Part shown: positions 11,675 to 24,247 of the stretch, piece after piece | How positions within the stretch are numbered: the first letter of the stretch is position 1 | How the letters are laid out: every line of letters begins with the position of its first letter | Assembly (NCBI GenBank): GCA_965644315.1 | Contig: CBFFRQ010000064.1 | Span: 310,001 to 374,000 of the forward strand | Direction: 5' to 3' | DNA from: Caecitellus pseudoparvulus | Lineage: Eukaryota; Protista; Bigyra: Bicosoecida | DNA length: 64,000 nt | Program-made: the position numbers and the translations under genes | Notes under the pieces: model-generated | Database searches by the model: none | Told to the model about the DNA's origin: nothing | Seen by the model: only the letters and a program-made list of their open reading frames with translations

Positions 11675-12843
11675 ATGGATCGCACTGAGCAGTTCACCCA
11701 GCTGGCAAATGAAGCAAAGCGCGCACAGCCCCCTGCTGGGCCACTGAGCTTGCCAAAGTGAGTGTGCGCCAAAGCCAGCGTGGCAAGCTGCACCTGCTCA
11801 GCAACCTCTGCTGCACCTCCTGCGCAGGGCCCAAGCCCCTAAGCTGCTGACTGCATCACGCCAAATGTGTCGTCAGATGAAAGCCACCGCACAACTGACC
11901 AAGGAGCTGCTGCAACTCGCTCAGCAGAAAGGACTGTTCACCGACCCTGCGCAGCAAATCGCAGAGCTGGCGCCGACCATTCGTGCAAACATCAAGGCCA
12001 TGGAGAGCCAGCTGGCTTCGTTCGCGAGTGCCATCGGACAGTACTCCCTTTCCGTGCGTTGTGCTGGCGCAGCCTCGCTCGTACCCATGCGTACTCGACG
12101 TCTCAAGCCGACCCCGCGTTTCGCAGCGAAACGCGCGTGGACACTGGAATGGCGTGTTGGAAATCATGAAGGCCCAGGGCCTTGCAAATGCCACAGGCCT
12201 CAGGAACGCCCTCAAGGCGCGCTCAGAGGCGCTGGCAGATCAGGCTACCAGACGGGCCAAGCTCTCTGCTGGGCAGTGGGTATCGTCGGCTGCCATGAAG
12301 TCACCTCTCTTTGCTGCTCCAGCTGCGCCACGTGGCCCCAGCTCGGCAGGCCGGCCCACAGCGCAGCAGTCAGTGCCCTCCACAGCTCCTGCACCTGCAG
12401 TGCCCAACTTCAACATGCCTGCTGGCGCCTTGCGGCGGCGCCCTGGCCACACCTCAGCTGAGACAGCCCTGCCATGGAGGGCAGGGGGCTCTGGCCCCCC
12501 CTCGGCGGCGCCTGCCGTGGCAGCCTTCCCCACAGACAGGTACAGTGCCCAGAAGATCGCCCACCAGCGCCAGGCGCGGGAACGGCTCTCCACCGCGCGT
12601 GCCGTGGAGAGCAGCATCGCCGAGCTGGGTGAGATGATGGGCCGCATGGCGAGCCTTGTAGCGGCAGACCAAGCCACCATCGACAGCATCGAGGGCGATG
12701 CGCTGCATGCCCACGACGCCATGGAGGCGGCCCGGGCGGAGCTGTACAAGTACTACGCCATGGTGAGCGAAGACCGCGGCCTGATCGTGAAGTCCCTGGC
12801 CGTCGTGGCAGCCATCATCGTGCTGTTCATGGTGTTCAAGTGA
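11675..12843 (+). CDS. STX5: Syntaxin-5/Sed5 Qa-SNARE
   Basis: N-terminal MDRTEQF motif, GLFTDPAQQI, SNARE helix AVESSIAELGEMMGRMASLV, C-terminal TM. Confidence 0.88.
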
Positions 12844-13024
12844 CCCGCAGCGAGAATGCATTGGACAGGGCGGTGGCGTCCAGCTGCTGCTCAGCGTGCG
12901 TGGCAGGGCGTGACGTGGTGCCGCTGGCTCCCCGCCCTGCCGCCTGCTCTTATCGGCGGCGGCGGCGGCGGCGGCGGCGCAGCTTGGGATTGGGTCAGGG
13001 TGAGCACCGACACACGCCAGTGCT

Positions 13025-13570
13025 TCAGTAGCGGCCACGTCCCCGGCCCCGGCCCCGGCCCCGACCACGCCCACGGCCTCGTCCACGCCCACGTCCGCGC
13101 CCGCGAGAGCTCTCCCGAGGGGGCTTCTGCTTGGGGGAGTCGTCGATGAGGTGCGTGTCCAGGTTCAGGCTGTCTGGCAGGATGACCATGCGGATGTTGT
13201 TGCCGCGGACAGAGAGTGTCTCCAGCTCAACGGTGTTCTGTCCCTTCATCGTCATCTTCACGTTCTTGACATGGGTGTTCATGGCCACGTCCACCCCTGC
13301 GAGGGTGCGGGGCGCCGTGAGCAGGGCACGGCACGCGCTGGCTGACGGCGGAAATTGAGCTGCCCTCAACACCTTCCTGTGCTGCAGCTGCGCGACGCAC
13401 CTGTGATGGTGCCGTGGATCTGCGTGCCATTCTTCAGTTCAATGGTCACAGTCTCGTTGGACAGCTTCATCAAGAACCTGGGGCACAGGCAAGGCGGCGA
13501 GGCGGTGGTTCGCAGGCAAGCTCTTGCTGGCGCTGGGAGGTGCCGCCGCTGCGCACCTGACGAGCTTCAT
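13025..13570 (-). CDS. SNRPD1: Small nuclear ribonucleoprotein Sm D1 (3 exons)
   Basis: [23 protein letters not shown].../GVDVAMNTH...LSVRGNNIR, followed by an (RG)n tail. Confidence 0.95.
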
Positions 13571-14276
13571 GGTGCAGCAACGGGCGGCGAACCGGCGTCA
13601 CGCGTTTCCGTGTGCTTGGCGGGGTATTGCGGCACTCCTGGCTGCGTGGGGCAGGTGAGCGCAGCAGGGGAGCTGAGCAAGCAGGGCCTGGCAAGCAACC
13701 TGGAGCGCGTGGCAGGGCAACAGCTGAGCGGCCTGGACCTCGCTGGACGGGAAGGTTTCAATGCTCGGCGTTGGAAAGTGTGGCTGTGCAGCTTCGCTTT
13801 GTGTTGCAGGGGCGGGGGGCGTGGGACGGCGGGGGGGGGGGCCTCCTCTCGCTCGGCACCAGGATGAGCTCAACCCCGAGCCGAGCTGAGAAGCATGAAT
13901 GGGGGGAGGGGGGTGCCCTGGCCTGGCCGGCAGTGCAAGGGGCTTCCTATGTTCCTCAGTTCGTCAGGCTCAACATTCCCAACATTGCTCCCTTCCAGCC
14001 TCTGCTTGTCGTTGAATGCGAGCAGCTTCTGCGGCAACAGCCCAGAGTTGCAGCACGCAACGCGGCGCCCCGGCCCGCCCGTCACACGAAGCAGGAAGAG
14101 CTTGGCGGCAGAGAAACGCAGGCCCCACAGGCTGCGCCCTCGCCCCTTCCCTTTTCTTGTCAGCCTCGCTCCCGTTGAGCAGGGACGTGAAACAAACAGC
14201 GTTTCACCGGCGTTGCGCGGAAACCTGCGGACCACGCAGCGCGCACCCTCCTCCCCGGCCACACCTGGTTCCCAAG

Positions 14277-14886
14277 ATGGGCGCCTGGATGTCCTCTCTG
14301 TTTGAAAGCCTCTGGGCAAAGAGCCTGGAAGTGTGAGTGGGCTGGCAGTCCTCGGGTTCGCACGCCGACACGCCAGCGCAAGTTCCGTGGCCCCGCTTGC
14401 CTCTGTCGCAGGGCCATCGTCGGACTGGCCAATGCCGGCAAGTCCACCTTGCTGAACGTGCTGGCAGACGGCTCCAGCGTGGAGACAGCCCCCACCATCG
14501 GCTTGGATGTCAAGTTCGTGAAGAAGAACAACGTCTCCATCAAGGCGTGGGACCTAGGCGGGCAGAAGGACTTCCGGTCCGAGTGGGCACGGTACGCAGC
14601 GGACTGCCAAGTCATCCTCTTTGTGGTGGATGCCGCCGCGCCAGAGCAGGTGCCCGAAGCTCGCCAGGAGCTGCACCGCTTGCTGGAGCACCGGCCACTG
14701 GCCGACAAGCCCATTTGCGTGGTGGCCAACAAGATGGACCTGCAGCAGGTGCTGAATGAGGAGGAGCTCATCAAGAGCCTGAACCTGGACTACATCATGA
14801 ACCCCTGGATCGTCATCCCTGCCAGTGCCAAGATGAACACGAACATCGACGCCGTCCTGCAGTGGCTCGTGGAGCAAGCCAGCTGA
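14277..14886 (+). CDS. ARL8: ARF-like GTPase, ARL8 type (1 intron)
   Basis: MGAWMSSLFESLW amphipathic helix, GLANAGKST, WDLGGQKDFRSEWARY, NKMD. Confidence 0.85.
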
Positions 14887-15457
14887 GAGGGCGGTGCAGG
14901 CTGCATGGACGCCAGGCATACACCACCTGTGCATGCAGCTTTCGCACAGTGGCTGCCTCTCTGGGCGCACGGGTGTCGTGCTTCTCGCGTTGGCGTGCAG
15001 GCATGCTTTGTCTGTACGGTGAAGGTCGCACAGCGTCCCCAGCCTGCCCCCCTTGCCAGCGTGCACTGGGCAGACGGCAACACCTGGCCTGCACAACGCT
15101 TGCTGCAAGTGGCAATGCGCTGCCGCTGTGCATTCGAACGGGCATCAACGAAGCCTGCATGTGCGCGCGGCGTCAGTGACAGCTGGAACACCCACGGCTG
15201 CATTCTGCGCGGCGCGGCACATTTCAGGAACTGCAAATGCATGAACGAGGACTGCAGCAGATGCAAGGTACACATTGCGCCACTCTGCCCAGGTGCATGC
15301 GCAGCCTGTCACTCTGCACTGGTGAACCGGGCCAGCAACGCAGCGGCAGCCAGGCCACGCCGAGCGACCAGCGTACTATTGCACCGGCTGTAGTGGAGCT
15401 CAACTGCGTCAAAGTTGTGCAGCAGTGAGGGCATATCTTTCTTGAAGCACGCTGATC

Positions 15458-17530
15458 ATGGATGCCTCTCCAGGACTTGCCAGTGACTCTGACCTCGGCA
15501 TTGTTGAGTATGGCGCAGGCGAGGACAGCGGCTCAGACGGCGCGTTTGAAGACCAGGTGGCGGCTCACCTGCAGCTCAAGGAGAAGTCAGGTGCCTCTCG
15601 CACTGATATCTTCCGTGAACCCACGCCTGCTGATCCCCACACCTCCCACGGAGCTGCTGCGCCGCAGCACCAGTCGGGCAGCGTGCGGGAAGCAACGGCT
15701 GGCCAGCGGCCACGCTCTGCCATACGAAGGCGGCCACAGAGCGCAGCTCCAGACCGACGCAGAGTACAGCTGCAAGATCCCCAAGAACGCTGGCGTTCAG
15801 AGCATGCGGCAGGCCCCCTCCCACAGCGCCCAGGCACTGCCCATGCAGTGGGGAGTCGCTCTGCGACGCTGCTGCCAATGCCGCAGCGCTCTGCCGCCAC
15901 CACGCTGCGCAGCCCTGCCTACACCGAACAAGACGATGGAGATGTCTTTCAAGTTTCACCAGACACGGTGGCAGGCTCGCCCCTGCGTGCTTCTGCCGCT
16001 GCCGGCCGGTCGGGCGGTGCCCGGGCCAAGGCTGGCCGGAGCACCCGCTCTCGATCAGGCGCTCGGCGCTCCCGTGGCACGCCCAGCCGGGCGGGGTCCG
16101 CCCAGCGGCCGCCCTGGGACGCTCGCACGTCCACTGCCTCCCTGCCAGCCACGTCCACGTCTGGGCGGGCGGGGAACCTCACCCCCATCCGGCGAGGGGC
16201 GCGGGGCAGCGCCGCCAGTGCCGCACGCACCCTGGCCCAGCAAGGCCGCCCTGCCCCACGCCACAGCGCCTCCGCCGCGCAGCTGCCCTCCCGGCACCAA
16301 CACACCTCCTCCAGCATGACGGCTGGCGCGGGAGAGGACCTCACGTACGGCCTGGGCCAGGAAGGAATCTCCTCCGCCATGGCCTCCTCTCTACGGCGCA
16401 GCGGCAGCCGCCGCCGCCGCCCTCGCTCGGCAGCTGCCCTCATGGCCAGGTCACAGCGCAAGCAACGCAGCAGCTTTGACAGCACGACCCGTGAGTTGGC
16501 CAGCATCGCGCACCAGCAGATGCTTCTGGCACGCACACAGGTGCAGCAAGCCAACGCGTGGGCTGATGTGCTGCAGCTGCCACGACGGTACGAGCTGCGA
16601 GTAACAGTGCCGGCTGGATCTGCCACCGCGGACTGGCTACAGGCAGCGGCGCAGGCCATGGAGATGGATGCAGACACCGCCGCGGCGGCGGGGGAGGAGG
16701 GGGCCGCATCCGGTCCGACGGGTGGCCGCCCCGTCGCCGCAGCGGGTCCAGGAGTGCCCGTGTCCAGTGCCCTGCTCAGCAACATTTTCCTCAGCACAGC
16801 GCGGGGCGGCAGCACCATCCGTGATGCCGCCGGCGCGCCAGGTGGTACGGGAGTGCAGCGCAGGCGGCGCCCTGCTTCTGGGGGAGGCGCCACGCCCCTC
16901 GGCCCAGCTGCCATAGCCAGCTCTGCGGCAGCAGTGGACACGGCACTGCCAGCGGGTGTGGAGCTGTCGTCGCAGGAGCTACGCGTGACTTTCCTGGAGG
17001 GGGGCACCGTGCAGCGCGATGTGCCGCTGGACATGTTTTTGCGGGGGGACTATGCTCGGCTGCAGAAGCATGTGCAGGTGCGGGGGCAAGGAGGGAGTGG
17101 TGGTGGCACATCTGCCGCGCCCTCCACCACCCCCATCAAGCCCCCCTCGAAGCCCCAGCGCGGCGCCACTCGGGACAGGCCCGGCCGGGCCTCTAGTCGC
17201 AGCAGCAGAGATGGCCTGGACCCCGCCCCTTCCACGTCATCCTTCGCCCGCACCGTAACCGGCCCTGCCGCACTGCCCTCCACGCTGGCCCAGCACAGGC
17301 AGCCTGCCCAGCACCCAGGCAGCAGCGGCAGCAAGGCCCCGGGTCCCAGCTCAGAAGGCCAGCGTTCCGCGGTGCAGGCACAGCTCTTGGCTATTCTGCA
17401 GGAGACGGCCACCCTCACGTACTGCCTGGAGCAGCAGGTGGGGTACCTGCGCGCTCAAGGCTGGGCGGCCGATGGCTCGCAAAGCCTGCTGCCTTCCAAC
17501 AACGCCAAAGACCTCGTCCTGGACGCGTGA
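15458..17530 (+). CDS. Hypothetical low-complexity Arg/Ser/Ala-rich protein with RPxSA motifs
   Basis: 690-aa ATG-initiated ORF with codon usage like neighbouring genes; no domain recognised. Confidence 0.7.
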   Translation: MDASPGLASDSDLGIVEYGAGEDSGSDGAFEDQVAAHLQLKEKSGASRTDIFREPTPADPHTSHGAAAPQHQSGSVREATAGQRPRSAIRRRPQSAAPDRRRVQLQDPQERWRSEHAAGPLPQRPGTAHAVGSRSATLLPMPQRSAATTLRSPAYTEQDDGDVFQVSPDTVAGSPLRASAAAGRSGGARAKAGRSTRSRSGARRSRGTPSRAGSAQRPPWDARTSTASLPATSTSGRAGNLTPIRRGARGSAASAARTLAQQGRPAPRHSASAAQLPSRHQHTSSSMTAGAGEDLTYGLGQEGISSAMASSLRRSGSRRRRPRSAAALMARSQRKQRSSFDSTTRELASIAHQQMLLARTQVQQANAWADVLQLPRRYELRVTVPAGSATADWLQAAAQAMEMDADTAAAAGEEGAASGPTGGRPVAAAGPGVPVSSALLSNIFLSTARGGSTIRDAAGAPGGTGVQRRRRPASGGGATPLGPAAIASSAAAVDTALPAGVELSSQELRVTFLEGGTVQRDVPLDMFLRGDYARLQKHVQVRGQGGSGGGTSAAPSTTPIKPPSKPQRGATRDRPGRASSRSSRDGLDPAPSTSSFARTVTGPAALPSTLAQHRQPAQHPGSSGSKAPGPSSEGQRSAVQAQLLAILQETATLTYCLEQQVGYLRAQGWAADGSQSLLPSNNAKDLVLDA

Positions 17531-17712
17531 GCGGGGCAGGCATGCAATTCACACGTTTTGCCCTGTTTCACCTGCCAAGGCGTCCACCCAACCGTTTTCG
17601 GCCGGCGTAGGGTGTGCAGGTGCTGGCGTGGCCAGCGTTGCATGCGACCGCTGCCTGCCACGCTTCGCGAAGCACAGACTCGCGAGGGGCGCGCACACGG
17701 CCTGCTCCAGGC

Positions 17713-20700
17713 ATGTCTCAGGGAGATGGCCTGCTCAGGGTGCGCCTGATGGCGGTGCACATGCCTGCAGTGCACCACTACTACCTCCAAGTGCGCCTGG
17801 GCAGCAGCAACTCCCGTACCGAGATCTGCGAGCCTGCAGAGTACCCTCGTTTCAAGAAGGCTAGCCATGATTTCCGCTTGCAGGGGTCGTTAAGCTCAAG
17901 TACGTCCAGTCCATGTTGTGCTTGATTCTGCTGTCCCTATCCTGGGCAGCCAAAGGGCTGCTGCAAGTGCGCGCACGTTTCGTTGCCGTTTCGCCTCTGC
18001 CTGTCACAGATGGCGAGCAAGTCCTGCGTGTGACCGCGTACGTTGTGAAAGAAGGGGGAGCAGTGGGTGAACGTGGGACGGGCCATCGCCTGGGCAGTGC
18101 GTCTAGGCGGCTGGGTGCATTCCGCCACCGCCTCGTAACGGGGGCTTCTGTGCAGGTGCACTTTGTGCTATATGAAGCCGTGGCGGATGGACGCGCCAGC
18201 AGCAACCCCGTCGCCCGCGTCACGGCTGAGCTGCAGTACACGCAGCCTCAGCTGCAAGGCTCTATCCAACCCGAAGCCATGCCCAGTGAGGCCCCGGCCC
18301 TGGCTCCAGAGCACGCCTTTGCCTCTCCGCAAAGCTCCCCTCGGGGTCTGCAGCTGCTCGCCACGACACCTCGCTCCCGCGACATCAAGGCGGCCAATGC
18401 TGCCCTCACGCCACTGCAGGCGTCTCCTCCCTGGTGGCAGGCCTTTGCGGACGGAGACGTCAGCGTCGCCGCTGTGGGGCGTAGGGCCAGTGCCCTGCCA
18501 GCTCTCGCGGCGCACCAGCTTGCCCTCGCGCTGCAGGCTGATCCACAGCTGCTGACGCCGCCCAACCTGGCCTCCCTTGCTGTGCGCGCGCTGATGAAGA
18601 GTATGAAACGCTCGGCAGCCCTCGTGCGCTCACCGGTGGAAGCAGTGGGAGATTTCGGTGACGCCGCCCTGCCAACCGCCGGGCAGCCGAAGAAAGTGCG
18701 CAGCGCATACGCCTGTGACGCGCAGTGGCTGCGCCTTGGCATACGACGGGGGTGCTTGGTGGGCCATGTGGCAAGTGCGCAGCGGTCAGGCGTCTTCCGG
18801 GTGCGCTGCAGCGTTTCCGGGCTGCCTGACGGCGGGGGGTGGCATGAGGCAGTGACACAGGGCGCGGCATTGACTCCAGACGGCGCCCTCTCATGGGACA
18901 CGCCCCTGGTGCTGCAGCTGCCTCGGGAAGTGGATGAAGACAGCACCCTCGTGGACATTTCCCTGCAAGAAGTGGCCGTGGGGGCCAGTGCGCCGCCGCC
19001 CCCCCTCACTGCCAGCCTGCGCCTCGCTCAGCTGCCAGGCACAGCGACGAGCAGCACAATTCTCACGTGGCGCGGTGGGGAGGGGGGTGTCTTCACTGCT
19101 GCCTTGTGGCTTGTGGCTCATCGCACACAGGCGGCGCAGCAAGTGACCCCCACTGGCACAGGCGGCTCTGGGCGCGGCACTGAGCCTGTCGGAATCGAGC
19201 CAACGCCACAACGCCTGGTGGCGCTGCCCTCGACGCTCGCAGGACCGCAGCAGGCGTCAGAGGGAAAAGAAAGCAAGGAGGATGTGCAGGATGGCAGTGC
19301 CCCACTCTCAGCTCCCCTCACCACGCAAGCCTTGCTGGTCCCCCCCGCATTGCTGCCAGCTGCAGCGGCGTTGGCGCAGCAACGCAGCGCTCTCGCCTCG
19401 GCGGAGTTCCCAACAGCCGCCCCCTCTGCATCCAGCAAGCATGCAGCGTACACAGAGCACGTGTTGCAAGCCATGGCCGGCGCCCTGCAGACAACCCTTG
19501 GCACAGTCAACATGGCTACTGGGATGGTGCAGTTTTGCTGCGTGCACGCAGGTGCCTCGTATGCCACCAACGGAAACCGCGCACTGTGGAGCCCCCCGCC
19601 CAGCTTGCAGGCGGCAACAGCCGGAACTGTCATGGCACCGTGGACTGAGGCGGTGCGTGGCGGCGGATTGGCCCCCCAGGCTGGCCTGCTCCCCTCCACG
19701 TCGCTGCCCGGGCAAGCTGTGCCGCTGCTGGGTGCTGGCGCAGAGTGGGCGCTGACCCCCACCCCGCCCACCACCACACCTCAAGATGCCGACCCCAGCC
19801 AAGACACACCGGCCACGCCCCCGCCACCGGACGTCGGCTGGGCCGTGCCCGACACACTGTGGCAGGGTGGAGGGGTGTCCTCGGGTTTGGCGCAGTGGGG
19901 CCTCCTTGTCACCACCTTCGCCGACACCGCCCCCGGCGCAGCGTCTGCCCCCCTTCTCGACCTCCCAGCTGCCACTAGCGAGGCGTTCCCCCGCCTGGCC
20001 GCCGCCCTGCTGCCCAGCAAGCCCACAGCCCTGGCCTGCGTCGCACTCTCTCGCGCCCGCACTGCCGGCCAGGCCACTGGCACCAGTGACGCAGCCTTGC
20101 AAGCCCAGGCCCAAGCAGCCCTGGCGTCTGCGGGCTCGGCCCTGGGCTTGCCCAAGGCCATGCTGCCAGCGGTGCTGCTACTGCGCCCTCCGGCGGTGGG
20201 CGGCAGCGGCGCCACGACCCCAGGTCGCACGCGCAAGGACACCGTGCAAGCCATGAAGACCACGGGGGTGTACCCGGGTCTCCTGGCGGGCTCCACGTCT
20301 GCCTGCCCTGCCATGACGCCTTCTGGCCGTCAGGGCACGCTGGGCCTGTCGGTGTGGGCGTGGCCGGGGTACGAGCCGCCGCCGTGGGACAGTGGTCGCA
20401 GCGATGGTGCGGGGGCCGGCGGCAGTGCCGCAGAGTCCAAGGACGCCGCCGCCGCCGCCGCCCTCATCGCCACCACGCCGCCGCCCACGAACCAGGGCCT
20501 GCGCCGGGAACGCGCCTTGGCCTCGGCGCTTGCAGCCGAGCATGCGGCCAGGGCCGCCGCTGCACCTGTGGTGGTGGAAGTGCAGGCGGCCCTGGGGGAG
20601 GCAGCGACGCAAGGCGCAGCTGTGCCCGTCATGCCGCTGTCAGCGGTGCAAGCACTGTCACCGGCGCCCTTGCCCCCCCTCGGCGCACCCTCGCGCCCCG

Positions 20701-22130
20701 CCTCGCGCCCAGCCTCGCACCGCTCCAGCCAGTCCAGCGCGCTGTCTGCCCCCGGGAGCAGTCGAGCTGACAGCTCTCGCCTGGACACCCCCCCCTCCCG
20801 CGAGGCACGGAGTGGGGGGGGCGTGTCCCCCTCACCACCCCCCCCTGCGTCCGGCCTCCACGATGAGGCGGCTGCGCCCGCCCCTGTCCCAGGCACGCCG
20901 TCCGGGGGCAAGGAGCAGGAGGATGCCGAGTCTGTGTGCCCACCCCCCCCTGCCAGCCCTGGCCACCGCAGCCCCTCCCCTCTGCAGCCGCTACCAGCGG
21001 CCCTGCGCGGGCCACCCTCCCCACGCACCGCCCAGGCGCTGGCCAGCTGGGACTTTGCCTTCTTGCGCGCAGAGCACAGGGACACCGCCGCGAAACGCAC
21101 CATCGTGCACCTGATGTTCGAGGTGCAGCGGCTGTCTGCAGCGCTGCAGGAGGCGGGGGAAGACATCGTCTCCCTGCGCCAGCAGCTGGAAGCCGAGCAA
21201 TCTGCCGCTGCAGCGCGGGCGGCCACCTCCAGCAAGAGCAAGCAAGTGCAGGACGCGGCGTTGCGGGGGGAGGAAACTGCCCTGCTGCGGAAAGTGGCCC
21301 GGGTGGTGACTGCCGAGCGCCCTGTGCTGGAAGGCGGCCGTCGCGGCCTGCCGCCTGGTGCGCTGGGCCTGGAGTTGAAACGCAGTGAGATGAAGCAGGC
21401 CATTCAAATTCTGGCCCGCCGGCTGGCAGAGACAACGCGGCGGCTCACAGCAGCGTCTGCGGGGCAGACTGCTCTGGCGCCTGCCGTCGGCTCGGAACTG
21501 CCCTCAGCCACGCAGCTGCAAGCGCTGGACAGGCCTGACACTGCCGCATCGACGACGCCAGCAGGTGCCCGGGCGGCTCTACAGAAATTACATGCCCAGC
21601 ACGTAGCGCTGCAGAAGGCGCACTTCAAGCAGAACCGCTTCGTGCAGAGTTTGCAGACCCGCCTGAGCAAGGTGGAGTTGCTGCGCACAACTGTGAAAAC
21701 GCAGGAATCTGTCATCAACAAGCTGCAGCGATGGATCGAACACAAGCTGGAACTGCAGCACCGGATGTCCAGCAGGCCCCAGGCGCAGGCGGCACCTGAG
21801 GAAGGCTCCCTTGCGGCGTTGTTGCAAGCACGCGACCTGCGCATCCGAGTGCTGGAGGAGCAGCTGGTGGAGAACGCACAGCGCTTCTCAGAACAGCTGT
21901 CAGGGCTCAAGATCCAGCTCATGGAGGCTGAGGCTGGGGACGAGGGCAGCGTTGAACATGGGGGAGGGGGGCATGGCAGCAGTGGTGGCGAGGGCGACAG
22001 CGATCTGGAGGACGAGTGGCAAGACACGGACACTTTCCTGCCCACCACCGGGCGCAGTGGCGGGCTGGGCAGCGAGTGGAGCCCGACAGGTCTTGCGTCA
22101 GGCAGCACACGGGGCAAGTCCGGACACTAG
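17713..22130 (+). CDS. CCDC33-like protein (C2-like regions plus C-terminal coiled coil)
   Basis: C2-like start (YYLQVRL...RTEI...YPRF); C-terminal LQKAHFKQNRFVQSLQ...TVKTQESVINKL and RIRVLEEQLVENAQRF resemble CCDC33; AATAAA at 22246-22251. Confidence 0.65.
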
Positions 22131-22345
22131 TGGCGCTTGAAGGTGTGCGTGCTCCTGCCCTCGCCAAGACGGTGCGGAAGCGAGCTGGTGCGTTGACTTT
22201 CACATCACCCCAGCCCAGCCGAGCTCCAGAGGCGACCGAAGTACAAATAAAGATAGCAACCCTTTTTGCCTCATGAAGCAGGTTGCTGCATTTTCGAACT
22301 GTCAGAGATGCTCAGGCCAAGCGCCCACACGGCAAACGTGCTATC

Positions 22346-23455
22346 ATGCTCAGACTCCGCAGCAGGCACTTGGCTTGGGTGGGAGCAGTCGCTGCCGCAG
22401 CCTGCAGCCCGTGCTTGACAAGCGCAGCACTGTCACACACAGCCGAGGACAGCAATGAGCTGAAACCGTGGACGGCGCCCACTTTGCCTGTCCGCGCGGT
22501 GCCCGCCGCTAGCGCCACGCACCAGTCGCCTTCACAGCCGCAACCTTCGTCATGGTCGATTTCCGCAGCCAACATGCTGCCCAAGCAGGGGGTCATGGTG
22601 CTGCAGCAGGCACTGCAGCCTGCTTCTGTGGCTGAAATTTTCAGTTGTCTCCGGGGGGGCGTGATTCAGGACCTTCGTAGCCGTCATTACGCCCTTTCAG
22701 AGCAGCGCACGCGGCAGCTTGCTTCGGAGCTGGGCGCCGCAGTGACGTCACGCACTGCACGCGCCGAGGGGGAGGCGGCAGGTCCTGCCGGCGCTGTGAA
22801 ACGCCTCCGCCGCACGGAGCTGCACTGGAAGCAGCAGGCACGAGGGCGATGGCACATGCAGCTCTTACACAGTGCCATGCAAGCCCCGCTGGAAGCGGCC
22901 CTTCTGCAGAGATTGGACCCGTTGGTGCAAGAGGTGTTTTCGCGGCGAGGCATCCCCTGCCCCGGCGGGGTGCACTTGACAGAGCTGCAGCTAGTCGTGA
23001 GCGAGCCGGGGTGTGAGCAGCAGGTGTGGCATGCCGACAATGCGTGGCCTGGCATCACGCTCTTGTTTCCCTTGCACGCTACTCCGCTGCACCTGGGCCC
23101 AACGCAAGTGCTGCCCGGTACGCACGCACTCCGTGGTGCCACAACGGATGCCTGCACACAGACACCTTCACAGTGGACCACTCTGTGGGCAGCGTCGTCC
23201 TTGGCGCGAGGCGGGCCGGGGCAGCCCGAGTTGCAAGCCGGTGATGTGCTCGTGATGGATGCGCGCACACTGCACCGCGGCGCAGTGAACAGCTCCAAGC
23301 ACACCCTGCGCGTCGCCCTCATCGCCCGCTACGACGCCAGGGGCGAGCATCCCCAACATGCACAGAATGCCCTCGGAGTACTCTCGGCACGCCTGCAAGC
23401 CGATTTCATTCTCGCTGCAGCGAGACTTCAGCTCAGCGACAGCGAGAAGCGGTAG
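22346..23455 (+). CDS. Fe(II)/2-oxoglutarate dioxygenase, PhyH-like
   Basis: PGCEQQVWHAD (HxD), GPTQVLPGTH, AGDVLVMDARTLHRG, distal Arg. Confidence 0.85.
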   Translation: MLRLRSRHLAWVGAVAAAACSPCLTSAALSHTAEDSNELKPWTAPTLPVRAVPAASATHQSPSQPQPSSWSISAANMLPKQGVMVLQQALQPASVAEIFSCLRGGVIQDLRSRHYALSEQRTRQLASELGAAVTSRTARAEGEAAGPAGAVKRLRRTELHWKQQARGRWHMQLLHSAMQAPLEAALLQRLDPLVQEVFSRRGIPCPGGVHLTELQLVVSEPGCEQQVWHADNAWPGITLLFPLHATPLHLGPTQVLPGTHALRGATTDACTQTPSQWTTLWAASSLARGGPGQPELQAGDVLVMDARTLHRGAVNSSKHTLRVALIARYDARGEHPQHAQNALGVLSARLQADFILAAARLQLSDSEKR

Positions 23456-23530
23456 AGGGGAACAATTCAAACACGCCACGACTGTCACCGTCAAGCCTGT
23501 GTGTATGTGGTGGTGCTCAAACTTTGCGCC

Positions 23531-24214
23531 ATGGCCGATGCTGTGCCAGCTCCGGCAGGGGCTGCCAAGAGCGGCAGCCCTGATGCTGCACCAGAGGTAC
23601 TCGATGCAGCTCTTGCCGTGCACGCTTCCAACATTCCCGGCGCAGGCATGGGCCTGTTCAGCACAGTGGATATTCCACAAGGTGCCTGTGTTACGCTGTA
23701 CACCGGCACGGTGCTGCGCACAGCTGCGGCAGCCAAGGTGAAGCAGCGAGCGTACATGATGCGGCTTGGGCCACAGGTCTACATCGATGGCCGGGAGCAC
23801 CCCGAGATGCTTGGCAGGTACATCAACGACGCTTGCAGTGCGGGGTTGACGAATGCCTACTTTGACAAGCGCCCCGAAGAGCGCTGTGCAGCTGTGATTG
23901 CCTTGCGCGATATCCAAGCAGGTGAGGTGGAGGCTGCGGAAACTGCTTCTTCACCCTCGGCACGCAACCCTCCTCCATTAAGCGCCTTCTAACACACAGG
24001 CGAGGAAATTTTCGTCAGATACGGCGCCATGTACTGGATAAAGGGTGGTGGGGTGAAACTCCAGCGTCCGGAAGGCACGACTGGGTGCTGGCCACGCCCA
24101 AAGGCAGTCGCGGAGCTTCGAGCTGGGCACGACGCTGCTATCGCAGCGGCTGCAGCGGCGCTGACACCGGGAGATGCCGTAGAGGAAGTCACAGCAAGTG
24201 GCGAGCACGTCTGA
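23531..24214 (+). CDS. Small SET-domain methyltransferase (intron ~23922-23999)
   Basis: SNIPGAGMGLF, RYIND, ALRDIQA/GEEIFVRYGAMYW. Confidence 0.88.
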
Positions 24215-24247
24215 CTTGTGCATCTGTGTGCATTGGGCGTTGCCAGC

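Noticed and set aside
12955-12980. (GGC)n microsatellite between STX5 and SmD1
   Set aside because: Short simple repeat, unremarkable in GC-rich DNA
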